NCBI RefSeq assembly: GCF_020745735.1
Contig: NC_083409.1
Coordinates: 13,515,259-13,579,258, forward strand
Length of the DNA stretch: 64,000 bases
Source: Hemiscyllium ocellatum
Lineage: Eukaryota
Reading direction: 5' to 3'
Every line of letters starts with the position of its first letter. Within the stretch, counting starts at the first letter, position 1. Below, piece by piece: positions 25,104 through 37,500 of this stretch. A program made the position numbers and the translations under genes. The notes under the pieces were generated by a model. That model was given only the letters and a program-made list of their open reading frames with translations. It was not told the origin of the DNA and searched no databases.

Positions 25104-25152
25104 CTGCGACACAGAATGCCAGGGGCCAGATCAGCTGGATGTGTGAAATCAT
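25104..25152 (-). CDS. IGKV: Ig kappa leader exon (L1)
   Basis: cacaccATG ATT TCA CAC ATC CAG CTG ATC TGG CCC CTG GCA TTC TGT GTC GCA G then GTACAA; encodes MISHIQLIWPLAFCVA(G). A 186-bp intron separates it from the V exon. Confidence 0.92.
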
Positions 25153-25212
25153 GGTGTGTGCTCCTGTCCCTGTGCCTGGTTCCTGATAAACTCTCCCTTC
25201 ACTGGGCTCTGC

Positions 25213-25309
25213 TTTATAAAGCTCCAGCCTGTGAGAGTCTGACTGGGTGTTCCTCAGTATGTAAATAGCATCAGGCAGAGAGAGCCACGTCAGCCCCTCA
25301 CACTTCCTC
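25213..25309 (-). promoter_or_regulatory. V-kappa promoter: TATA (25213-25220), variant octamer ATTTACAT (25259-25266), CRE-like TGACGT, PU-box GAGGAAGT (25302-25309)
   Basis: The order and spacing match the established Ig light-chain promoter layout (octamer about 107 bp upstream of the ATG, then TATA). The octamer differs from ATTTGCAT at one base. Confidence 0.72.
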
Positions 25310-25339
25310 TTCTCTCTCTCTATCTCACTCTCTCTGTCT

Positions 25340-26290
25340 CAGAGTCATTGATGTGAACAGCACTGAATGAGGCCATTTGGCCCATTGTGTCTGTGCTGGT
25401 AAACAAAGATGTGATGACACTAATCTCATCCTCCAGCTCTTGGCCCATGACCCTGGAGGCAACAGCAACACAAGGGAATATCTAAACACTGCTCCAATGT
25501 CATGAGAGTTTGTGACTCAACCAGCCTTTCAGGCAGTGAGTTCCAGACTCCCACCACCCTCTGGGTGAAAACATTTCTCCTCAATTCTTCTCTCACTCTG
25601 CAACTCAACTGGGCCTGGATTCACTCAAGTTTATAAGGATGAGACGGAATCTATTTGAAACATATAAAAGTCTAACAGGCCCGGGCAGTAAGGAGGTTCC
25701 CCTGGTTGGGGAGTCTGGAACCAGGGGACACAGTCTCAGGGAGATACGGGGTAGAACATTTAGGACTGAGATGAGGAAACATTTCTTCACTCAGAGGATG
25801 GTCAGCCTGATGAATTCTCTACCACAAACGGCTGTGGGGGACAAGGAACTGAATATATTCAAGAAAAAAAGAGAGATAGTTGTTTTGCATTTTAACAGCA
25901 TGAAGGAAATAAGGAGAAAGCAGAAATATAGCAGTGAGAGAGAGGATCAGCCATGTCATACTGAATGACACACAAGATTCAAAGGGCTGAATGGCCTACT
26001 CCTGCTCCAAGTCTCTATGAGACCATGTCTGTGTTACCTTCAATCTCTGTCCCTGGTTATTGAGTCCTTTACTCTTGTATAAAGTGCCTTCCTATGCAAC
26101 GTATCACTGCCAACAATGATCTTATACCTCTCTATCAGGTCCCTCTCAACCTTCAATGCTCCAAGGAAAACAGCCCCAATCTTTCCAATCTTTCCTCATA
26201 GCTAACCCTCCATCCCAGGCAGCAGCCTGGGAAATCTCCTCTGCCCCCTCTCAAGTATAATCACATCCTTCCCAGAATGTTGTGACTAGG
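25340..26290. mobile_element. Three short CR1 3'-end fragments in alternating orientation
   Basis: ORFs 25426-25608 (-) and 25639-25968 (+) are CR1 C-terminal remnants (FFTQRVV), with a third minus fragment at about 26020-26290. Confidence 0.7.
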
Positions 26291-26620
26291 ACCTTTCTCT
26301 CCCTCTCTCTCTTTTCCCCTATCTGTCTCACATCTGCTACTTTGATCTCTCTACATCTATCTCTCTCTCCCACTGTTAATCTCTCTCATATTCCCTCTCT
26401 CTCACTCTGTCTCATAGCCACTCTCTCCAACTCACTCACGCTTCCTCACTCCGTCTCATAATCTTTCTCCATCTCTCACTGTCTCTGTCACTCGCTCCAT
26501 CTCTCACTTCAATTGAAAACCTCCAAATGTTATCTGCCCCTCTCTATTTCTCCCTCTGTCTCTCCCTCCTTCTCCACATCCCACTCGACCTCTACTTCTC
26601 TTTCTCTGTCTCACTTCTCT
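26290..26620. repeat. CT-rich low-complexity tract
   Basis: Degenerate (CT)n/(CTCA)n read directly. Confidence 0.8.
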
Positions 26621-26974
26621 CTCTTTCTCACAGTGTCCCAGGTGGAGACAGTTGAATTCAGGATAAATCTCTCTCTGCTCTGCCCCACTAATGGATGTTA
26701 ACCCTTGACCCCAGAAGCATGTCTTCTCCTGGAGTAAAGGCCCATTTCTACATCGACCAGGTTTTGGTATCTCTTAGAAAGATGGACAGATTGTTGGTAA
26801 ATGAAGGGCAGTTTTGTGCTGTTGGCCTATTCTCACTGGGGATTGGTTTGGACACAAACCTCATTCCATGAAGGCCCAGCAGAGAGAGGAGATCCTCAGG
26901 CCGTCAGTGTGAGCTGGAGGGACAGGACAGGCTCTGACCCACTGATCCATCCTGTCTTTGCACAACATGGAGGA

Positions 26975-27755
26975 GAAAGTGAGGACTGCAGATGCTGGAG
27001 ATCAGAGTTGAAAATGTGTTGCTGGAAAAGTGCAGCAGGTCAGGCAGCATCTAAAGAGCAGGAGAATCAATGTTTCGGGCATGAGCCCTTCTTCAGGAAT
27101 GAGGAGAGTGTGCCAGGCAGGCTAAGATAAAAGGTAGGGAGGAGTGACTTGGGGGAGGGGCTTTGGAAATGCGATAGGTGGAAGGAGGTCAAGGTGAGGG
27201 TGATAGGCCGGAGTGGGGGTGGGGGCGGAGAGGTCAGGAAGAAGATTGCAGGTTAGGAAGGTGGTGCTGAGTTCGAGGGATTTAACTGAGACAAGTGGGG
27301 GGAGGGGAAATGAGGAAACTGGAGAAATCTAGATTCATCCCTTGTGGTTGGAGGGTTCCTAGGCGGAAGATGAGGCGCTCTTCCTCCAGCCATCGTGTTG
27401 CTATGGTCTGGCGATGGAGGAGTCCAAGGACCTGCATGTCCTTGGCAGATTGGGAGGGGGAGTTGAAGTGTCGAGCCACGGGGTGGTTGGGTTGGTTGGT
27501 CAACCACCCCGTGGGCCAACAGACCATAGCAACACGACGCCTCATCTTCCGCCTAGGAACCCTCCAACCACAAGGGATGAACCTAGATTTATCCAGTTTC
27601 CTAATTTCCCCTCCCACCACCTTGTCTCAGTCAAATCCCTCAAACTCAGCACCGCCTTCCTAACCTGCAATCTTCTTCCTGACCTTTCCGTCCCCACCCC
27701 CACTCCGGCCTATCACCCTCACTATGACCTCCTTCCACCTATCGCATTTCCAACG
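26975..27755. mobile_element. Penelope-type 3'/terminal-repeat fragment with fold-back inverted copy
   Basis: Same family as 8441-8985. 27163-27410 is the reverse complement of 27520-27753. Confidence 0.85.
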
Positions 27756-27759
27756 CCAA

Positions 27760-28015
27760 CAGTAAACATGGACGTCAGTTCACGAGAGTGCTCCATGGAG
27801 AAACATGGGCCTCCTTCCCACTGAAGCCCCCAATGGAGACCAGTAAACATGGACATCATTCCTCCTTGAGCCTCCAATAAAGACCAGGAAATGTTGGCCT
27901 CCTTCCTAATGGACTCTCCAAAGGAGACCAGTAAACATGGACGTCCTTCTGACTGGATACTCCAAGAAGACCAGGAAATGTGGGCCTCCTATTCACTTGT
28001 CCTTCTAATAGAGAC
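27760..28015. repeat. Diverged minisatellite (unit about 44 bp, core cagtaaacatggac/caggaaatgtgggcc); resumes at about 29260-29320
   Basis: The motif ggagaccagtaaacatgg recurs at roughly 44-bp spacing, and two more units appear after the intervening CR1. Confidence 0.65.
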
Positions 28016-28019
28016 AAGT

Positions 28020-29255
28020 GGATAGTTGAGTTTTTGAAGAAATAGATAAAAATAGATCAGTACACATTGTCGACATGGACTTTAGCAAGGCCTTAGACAA
28101 GATTTCCTATGGTAAACTGCTTAGTAAGATTATATCACAGAGGATCTAGGGAGAGCTAACCAATTGGATATAAAATGGGCCTGAAGGTAGGAGGCAGAGG
28201 TTGGTGAGAGAGGGTTGTTCTTCAGACTGGAGGCCACTGACCAGCCGTCTGCCACAAGAATCGATCCTGGATCCACTGTTGTTCATCATTTACATGAACA
28301 ATTTGGATGAGAAAATAGCAGGAATGGTCAGTAAGTTTGTGGCTGACATTAAAATTGTTGGCATCGTGGACAGGGAAGAAGGTTATCTAAGAATGCAATG
28401 TCATCTTCATCAACTGGGCCAGTGGGTCAACAAATCCAGATGGAGTTTAATTTCGATAAATGCAAGGAGTTGCATTTTGGTAAGACAAACCAGGGCAGGA
28501 ATTACACAATTAATGGTAGAGCCATGGGGAGTGTTGTTGAACAGAGAGACTGAGGTGTACAGGTACATAGTTCCTTTAAAGTGGTGACACAGGTAGACAG
28601 GATGGTGAAGAAGGTATTTGGCACGCTCGCCTTCACTGGTCAAAGCAGGAAGTACAGGAGCTGGGACATCATGTTACAGCTGTACAAGGCATTGGGAAGG
28701 CCACATTTGGACACTGTGTACATTCCTATTTACCCTGCTATAGGAAGGAAGTTACTGCACTGGTTTGGATAAAAGAAAGATTAACAGGGATGTTACCAAG
28801 GTTGGTGAGTTTGAATTACAAGGCGAGGATGGATAAGCTCAGAGATTTTTCCAGTGAATGCAGGAGATTGAGGGGTGACCTTAGAGAGGTTTATAGAATC
28901 ATGAGGGCCATACATAAGGAGAATAGCCAAAGTTTTTTTCCCCAGAGTAGGGGAGTCCAGTACGAGAAGGAATATGTTTAAGTTGAGAGGGGAAAGAATT
29001 AGAAGGGGCCTGAGAGGCAACCTTTTCACACAGAGGTTGGTGTGTATGTGTAATAAGCTGCCAGAGGAAGTGGTGGAGGGGAGTACAATTACTAGATTTC
29101 AAGGACATTTTTACAGGAACATGGATAGGAAGGATTTAGAGAGGATTGGGCCAAATGCATGCAGATGGGACTAGTTCAGTTTTGGAAACTTGGTCGGCAT
29201 GGATGAGTTGAGCAGAAGGGCCTGATCCCACGCTGTAAACCTCTATGACTCTATG
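28020..29255 (+). mobile_element. CR1 RT to 3' end, inserted into the minisatellite
   Basis: ORFs 28201-28587, 28581-28772, 28790-28981 and 28974-29174 are successive CR1 RT and C-terminal pieces; (CTATGA)n tail at about 29243-29256. Confidence 0.85.
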
Positions 29256-30224
29256 ATGATGTAAACATGGGGCACCTTCCCATAGGACCAACAAACAGTA
29301 AACATGGGCCTCCTTCCTGAGCTGCAAACCCCACATCCTGTCCATCACATAGGTCCCTTATTTCAATCTGCACAACATTGTTTGTCTCTGCACTACCTCA
29401 GCCTCTTGACCACAGAATCCCCAATTCCTACTCATCCCACCTCCTGACTCTATGATTTCAATGTCTTCTCCCAGCTTCCTGAAGCCACATTCCATCAACC
29501 CCAACTTGTCTGATATGGAGGGTCCCTTCCCTGTCTCACAACTACAGTTGTTCCAGAATCTGACCTCACTGCCAGCCAATTGCCTCCATGGCCTCCCTCC
29601 TCCCTCACTCTGTGTCCTGCTGTAGACTCACATTCCCTCCCTCCCCCTTCCATCTTCTGTCTCTGGTCTCCTGCCCATTACTGCTTCCTCCATCCCATCA
29701 TTGACGGCAGAGCCTTCAGACCCCGAGAGTATCCTCTCTGCCCTCTTCATCCCTCCCTCTCTCGTTGTTTGTGCTATTGAATATACTGTTTAGTTCCATC
29801 ACTTTTGGTTCGCTGTTCCCTTGCCATTGATTTGCTGATTTATTCTAGTAAATCTAGACTGGTGTGTTCTCTGAGTTGGTTCAAGAGTGTTTTGCTTGAG
29901 AAAACACTTCTGTGAACTGGTTTGTCTGTTTCTCCCAGTCTTTGTGTAAAGGTGAGACTAAGTGTGTAAATGCTGTCATTTCATGGAGCAATCCAGTCAG
30001 TCCCACCCCCTCCCCTACTCGACCCCCAGAGCCTTGCAGGTTTATTTTCATCAAGAGCCCATCCAATCTGCCATTGCAATCACTGAGTGTCTTCACCTGC
30101 CTCACCTGAATGGGCACTAATTTCCAAGTCATTACCAATTGCTGCTAAAAAACATTCTTCCTGAGATTCCGTATCTCTTGCCCAACAAAATGTAAGGTAA
30201 TCTCAATGTGAAGATGGGATTTTG

Positions 30225-30710
30225 TCTCCACACGGACTGTGCGATGGTCACCCTTACTGATTACTGTCATGGACAGATACACCAGCAGCAGGCAGGTTGG
30301 TGAGGGTGATAGTGAGTATGTTGTTCCCTCTTGTTGGTTCCCTCACCACCTGCCCCAGGTCCAGTCTCGCAGCTGAATCAGGTGGAACCTGACCAGCTTG
30401 CTCAGTAGTGATGATTCTGAGCAGCTCTGGATGGTGGACTTTGAAGTCCCTTACTCAGGGTATATCCTGCATCATTCCCTCCTTCAGTGCTCCCTCCAAG
30501 TGTTGTTCAACATGGAGGAGGACTGACTGCTCAGTTGAGGTTGGAGGGGAGGGCGGTGCTATGTGATAATCAGCAGGAGGTTTGCTTCCCCATGTTTGAC
30601 CTGCTGTCATGAGGCTTCATGGGTTCCATAGTTAATGGTGAGGACTCCCAGGGTAACTCCCTTCTGACTGTACACACCACTGTGTTGCTTCCCCTGCTTG
30701 GTCTATCCTG
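30225..30710 (-). mobile_element. L2/CR1-group endonuclease fragment
   Basis: Minus-strand remnant resembling PTRGNNILTITLTNLPAA...HDSNQ*G*PSHSP, an APE C-terminal motif pattern. Confidence 0.5.
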
Positions 30711-30779
30711 CCAATTAAAAACTGAATGAGGGATCAATTCCGTTCAGGTTTTACAGCTTGGAGACAGAGCTGCTGCTGG

Positions 30780-31065
30780 GTTCTGTTTCTGATCTCCGTG
30801 TGCAGGTGTATGTGTTTGTGAGAGAGTGACTGTCCTTTTTCCCATCACTGTGCTGTTTCTGAAAAGAAAAATCCCAGAACCAGCCTCCTGTGCTGTCAGG
30901 TTCTTGGGGGTGCAGACAGTTCACAGTTTTCTCCCATCTCAGTAACAAACGTCCAGCTGCTCCGAGCTCTTTATTTCACTTCCTCTTTTGGTGAAGTTTC
31001 AACCTTGTGCTCTGACAGTCTTTGCAGTTATTTTTTACACTGGGGCTTTCTGCTGTGGTCAGAAT
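30780..31065 (-). promoter_or_regulatory. Candidate B-cell enhancer: EICE GAGGAAGTGAAA (30985-30974), E-boxes CAGGTG (30803-30808) and CAGCTG (30954-30959), RUNX TGTGGT (31054-31059)
   Basis: The motifs were read directly in a non-repeat island. The EICE matches the PU.1/Spi-B-IRF4/8 consensus GGAAnnGAAA. Function is not shown. Confidence 0.45.
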
Positions 31066-31589
31066 CTCTACTAATAAGTGTCTGATCAGTGACAATCACA
31101 GCAACTAAGAGCAGTCAGGACTGAGGAGCCAGGCTCACTGGGAAACACATTGGGAAGATCAAAGCCATTCCTCTTCAGCTCCCGGTACAAACTCCATCCC
31201 TCTCCCTGAGCACTATCTGCTGCTCAACCAGACTCTTTACAAACTTGGCCTCATCTTTGGGGCTGATCTGAGCCCCATATCCTCCATCTCACAAAGATCA
31301 GCCACTGAAAATCTCTGTCATGTGCATGGGACTCCAAACATGACCATACCAATGTTGTGCTTGCACACATCACAGCCACTGCCCTCCGTAACCTTCAGCT
31401 CATCCCAAATTCTGCTGCCCCATATCTAAACTCGCATCAAATCCCATTCCTCCAACCCCCTGCGCCCTGTGCCTACATTGGCTCCTGGTCCAGCAACACC
31501 TTGATTTTCAAATTCTCATCCTTGTTCTCAAGTCCCTCCCTGTCCTCCACTCTCCCTATCTCTGTAACTTCCTCCAAACTGCCTCACTC

Positions 31590-34500
31590 AGTGTGATCAA
31601 CAAAATTGGATATATGGCTGTCTATTCCTTCATCCAAGTAATTTAGAAATATCGTGAAATGCTGAGGTTCTAGCCCAATTCCCTGGGGACACCACTATCC
31701 AGATTTTGCTCATTGGAGAGCACACACATTATCCCTCCTCTCTGTCTCCTACCTCCAAACTAATTCCTGACCAAAGATAAATACTTTTCTCTAACTGGCG
31801 AGAATGGGAGAAAGCAGAGGGACACAGTGGAAGGATACTTGTCAGACTGGAGGCCTGAGTCTAGTGGAGTGCCTCAGGATTGATGCTGGGTCCATTACTG
31901 TTTGTTATCAATATCAATGATTTAGAAGACATTACAATAGCCGGTATTGTGGACAATGAGGAAGGTTATCAGATATTGTAACAGGACCTTGATCAGCTGT
32001 GGAAGTGGGAAAAGAAATGATAAATTGAGTTTAAGTATGAGTTCTTGCATTTTGGAAAGTTAAATCAAGGTAGGAGTTTCATGGTGAATGGTAAGGCCTT
32101 CAGGACTGTAGTGGAACAGTGGGATCTCGGAGTTCAGGTGCACAGTTCTCTGAAAGTTGAGTCACAGTTAGACAGGGCAGTGAAGAAGGCTTTTGGCACA
32201 CTGGCCGTCATCAGTCAGGGCACTGGGTGTAGAAGTTGGGAAGTTATGTTTCAATTGTACATGACATTGGTGAGGCTGCACTTGGAGTATTGTGCTCAGT
32301 TTTGGTCACCTTGTTATATGAAGGATATTATTAAACTGGAAAGAGTGCAGAATAAATTTACAAGGATGTTGCCAGGTTTCAACATCTATGTTTTTGGGAA
32401 AGGTTGGACAAGCTAGGACATTTTTCTGAAGAGTGTCGGAGACTAAAGGGGAATCTTTTAGAAGTGTATAAGATCTTGAGAGACATGGATAGGGTGACTG
32501 CACTCAGTCTTTGTCCCAGAGTTGGGGAATCAAGGACTAGAGGGCATCAGTTGAAGGTTAGAATAAACGGGAACCTGAGGGGCAACATTTTTACACAGAG
32601 GGTGGTACTCGTATGGAATGAGCTGCCAGCTGAAGTGATTGAGGCGGGTACATTAACAACATTTAAAAGGCATTTGGACAAATACATAGATAGTATGTAA
32701 TTTGAAGGATATGGGCCAAATGGAGGGAAATGGGGTTAGTGTGGATGGATATTTTGGTCAGCACGGTCCAGTTTGGGCCAAAGGGCCTGTCCCTGTGCTG
32801 TAGGACTCGATGACTCTGTGACTCTATAATTCCATATGTTTCCATGTTTATGAACAGTCTCTCAAACATAGAAACAGAGGAACTAGGAGCAGGAGGAGGC
32901 CATTCAGCCCTTCGAGTCAGCTCTGCCAGTCAATATGACCATGGCTGATCATCCAACTTAGTCCCCTGTTCCCACTTTTTCTCCATAACCTTTAATCCCT
33001 TTCGCCTTCTTGTAAACATTTAATATTTGGGCTCAACTGCTTTCTGTGACAAAATATTCCACAAGCTTCCCACTCTCTGGCTAAAGAAATGTCTCCTCAT
33101 CTCAGTCCGAAATGGCCTTTCCCTTTTCTTTAAACTGTAATTCCCGGTTCTGGACTCTCCAGTCATCAGGAACACAATTCCCGTGTTTACCGGTCTTATC
33201 CTGTTAGGATTTTACAGGTTTCAATGTGATTCCTCTCAAATTTCTAAACCCCAGTGAATATAATCCTAACTGATCCAGTTTCTCATCAGATCTAAGTGCT
33301 GTCCTCCCAGGAATCAGTCTGGTAAACCTTCGCTGCCCTCCTTCCACAGCCAGAACATTCTTCCTCAGATAAGGAGCCCGAAACTACCCACGACAGAATC
33401 ATAAAATCACACAGTATAGAAGAGGCCCTTCAGCCCATTAACTGTGTACCAGCCAAACTACACTAAACCTATACCAGTCCCACTTTCCAACATGAAGCCC
33501 ATAGCTTGAATGTTAGGATATTTCAACTGCTCATCCAAGTACTTTTTAAAGTTTGTGAGGTTTCCCACCTCAACTACTTTCCCAGATTGTGTATTCCAGA
33601 CCCCCCACCATCCTCTGGGTCAAAAACACTTTCCTCAAAACATCTTGAAACCTCCTATCTTTGACATTGAATGTGAACCAACTTGTTATTGACCCTCCCA
33701 AGAAGGAGAACAGCTGCTTTCTCTCCTCCCTGTCCATTCCCCTCATCACCTTATACACTTCGATCAGGTGCCCCTCCACCTTCTCTGCTCTGAAGAAAAC
33801 AACCCGAGATGATCCAATTTCTCTTCATCACTGAGAGGTTCCATCCCACACAACATCCTGGTGATTTCCCTCTGCACCCCATCCAGTGCAATCACCTCCT
33901 TCCTACAATGTGGTGACCTGAACTGCACACAGTACTCCAGCTGTGGCCTCACCAATGTTCTGCTTAACTGCAGCATATCCACCTGCTTTTATAGCCAACA
34001 CCTGACATGACAAAGGCAAGTGTCCCCTGTGCCTTCTTAACTGCTCTATTAACCTGTCTTGCCACATTCAGTGATCAGTGGAGAAGCACCCACGATCACT
34101 CTGTTCCTTTGAGCTTCCTCAGTTCAAAGAACAAAGAGCAATGAAAATTATAGCACAAGAACTGGCCCTATGGCCCTACTAGCCTGCACTGGTCCATATC
34201 ATCCACTGAAACCTATCATCAATTTTCCAATGGTCTGTCTCCCTTTGCTCTGTGCCCATCCATGTTTGTATCTAGATATATCTTAAATGATGTTATTGTG
34301 CCTGCCTCTGGCAACATGCTCCAGGATCAATCACCCTCTGTGTGACGAACTTTCCATACATATCTCCTTTAAATGTTTCCACTCTCACTTTGAACTCATG
34401 ACCCAGAGTAATTGAGTCCCCCACTCTGGGAAAAAGCTTCTTGCTATCCACCCTGTCTATATCTCTCATGATTTTGTAGACCCCAATCAGGTCCCCCCTC

Positions 34501-37500
34501 AACGTTCGACTTTGTAATGAGAATAATCCTAATCTACTAAGCATCTCTCCATAGCTAGCAACCTCCATCCCAGGCAATCCTGGTGAACCTCCTCTACACC
34601 CTCTCCAAAGCATCCGCATCTTTCTGGTAATGTGGCAAACAGAACTGTACACAGTATTCCAAATGTGGCCAAGCCAAAGTCTGATATAATGCTAATATGA
34701 CCTTCCAACTCTTGTACTGAATACCACGTCTGGTGAAGGAAGGTATGCCATATGCCTTCTTGAACACTCTGTCGACCTGTGTTGCCACCTCCAGGGTACA
34801 ATGGACCTGAACACCCAGGTCTCTCTGGGCATCAATTTTCCCAGGGTGTTCCATTCACCGTACAGTTTACTCCAGATTTGGATCTTCCAAAATTCATCAG
34901 ATCGCATTTGCCTGGTTTGAACTCCATCCATCCGTTTCTCTGCCCAACTCTCCAATCTGTCTATATTCTGCTACATTCTCTGACAGTCCACTTCACTATC
35001 TGCTACTCCACCAATATTAGTGTCATCTGCAAACTTGTTAATCAGACCACCTATACCTTCCTCCAGATCATTTATGTATATCAAAAACAAGAGCGGTACC
35101 AGCACGGATTCCTGTTCTCCATTCTGAGAAACACCTTCCATTACTACTGTCTGTCTCCTGTTGCCCAGCATGTTCTCTATCCAGCTAGTGACTACACTCT
35201 GGACCCCATGCGACTTTAATTTCTTTATGAGGCTGCCATGGGGAACTTTATCAAACGCATTCCTGAAATCCATGTGTATGACATCCACAGCCCTTCCCTC
35301 ATCAATCAACTTCATCACTTTTTCAAAAGATTCTATAAAGTTGGTAAGACATGACATTCCCTGCACAACTTCATGCACCCTATAACTGATAAATCAATTT
35401 TCGTCCAAATGTAAATAGATCTTATCCCTCAGTATCTTCTCCAGCAACTTCCCTACCACTACATCAGGCTCACTGGTTCATACCTGGATTATCCTGGCTA
35501 CCCTTCTTAAACATCAGTAATTCTCCAGTCCTCTGGGACCTCATCCATGTTCAAGGTTGCTACAAAGATATCGATTAAGGCCCCAGTTATTTCCTCTCTT
35601 GCTTCCCTCAGTAAGCTGGGATCGATCCCATCCTGACCTGGGGACTTGTGCACCTTGATGCCTTTTAAAATACCCTCCTTCCTTAAACCGACTTGAACCT
35701 GAGTAATCAAACATCTATCCCCAATTTCAACATCTGTCATTTCCCTCTCCTTGGTGAATACCGACGTAAATCACTCATTAAGAATTTCATCCATTTTCTC
35801 TGACTCCACACATAACTTTCCTCCTTTGTCCTTGAGTGGGCCAACTCTTTCTTTAGTCACTCTCTTGCTCCTTATATATGAATAAAAGGATTTGGGATTT
35901 TCCTTAATCCTGTTTGTGAATGATATTTTGTGACCCCTTTTAGCCCTTTTAATTCCTCACTTCAGATTGGTCCTACTTTCACGATATTCTTCCAAAGCTT
36001 TGTCTGTTTTCAGCTACCTAGACCTTATGTATGCATCCCTTCTCCTCTTAGCTAGTCTCACAATTTCATCTGTCATCCAGCGTTTCCTAATCCTGCCATT
36101 TCAATCCCTTATTGACATGTCTGTCCTGACTCTAGTCAACCTCTCTTTAAAAGCCTCCCACATATCAAATTTCAGAACAGAAATGCAGAGACTTTTCTTC
36201 AGCCAGAGAGTGGTGGGCCTGTGAAATTCATTGCCGCAGAGTGCAGTGGAGGCCAGGACACTAAATGTCTTCAAGGCAGATATTGATAAATTCTTGATGT
36301 CACAAGGAATTAAGGGCTATGGGAAGAATGTGGGTCAGTGGAGTTGAAATGCCCATCAGCCACGATTGAATGGCGGAATGGACTCAATGGGCTGAATGGC
36401 CTTACTTCCACTCCTATGTCTTATGGTTTATGGTCTAAATGTGGATTTCCCTTTAACAGCTGCTCCCAATCCACATTCCCCAGCTCCTGCCAAATTTTTC
36501 TATAGTTGGCCTTCCCCCAGTTTATCCGCCTTCCTTTCAGATCACTCTCGTCTTTGTCCATGAGCATTCTAAAACTTATGGAACTGTGGTCACTGTTACC
36601 AAAATAATCCCCTACTGAAATTTCAACCACCTGGCCGGGCTCATTCCCCAATACCAGGTCCGGTATGGCCCCTTCCTGAGTTAGATTATTTCCACATTAC
36701 TCTGTAAAATCCTCCTGGATGCTCCTTACAAATTCTGCTCCATCTTAACTTCTAACATTAAGTGAATCCCAGTCAATGTTGGGAAAATTAAAATCTTCCA
36801 TCACCACCACCTTGTTACTCCTACATCTTTCCATAAGCTTTTACATATTTGTACCTCTATCTCACGTTCACTGTTAGGTGGCTTGTAGGATAGCACCAAC
36901 ATTGTTATTGCACCCTTCCTGTTTCTGAGCTCTGCCCATATTGCCCCACTGCTCGAGTCCTCCATAGTGCCCTCCTTCACCACACCTGTGATATCCTCTC
37001 TGACCTCTAATGCAACTCCTCCATCCCTTTTACCTCCCTCTCGAACCCATCTGATACATCTGTATCCTGGGATATTTAGTTGCCAATCTTGCCATTCCCT
37101 CAACCACGTCTCAGTAATAGCAATAACATCATACTCCCAGATACTAATCCAAGCCCTAAATTCCTCTGCCTTACCTACTACGCTTCTCACATTAAAACAG
37201 ATGTGCCTAAGACCATTTGTTCCTTTGCGTTCATCATCTGCTCCCTACCTACTCTTAACCTTAGTAACGCTGACTTCAATATCTGGTTTCTGACGGCTTT
37301 AGTTACTCCCTCATTATTGCCCACTAACCTCCTCATTTGGTTCCCATCCCTCTGCTACACTATTTTGAACCCTCCCAAGAGCGTGATCAAACACATCCCT
37401 CAGGACACTGGTTCCAGTCCTGCCCAGGTGTAGACCGCTCGATTTGTAATTGTCCCACCTCCCCAGGAACCAGTCCCAATGTCCCAAAAATCTGAACCCC

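Noticed and set aside
30811-30852. CACTGTG with an upstream TGTGTTTGT resembling a J-type RSS
   Set aside because: The spacer is 26 bp, the nonamer matches only 7 of 9, and no J sequence follows.
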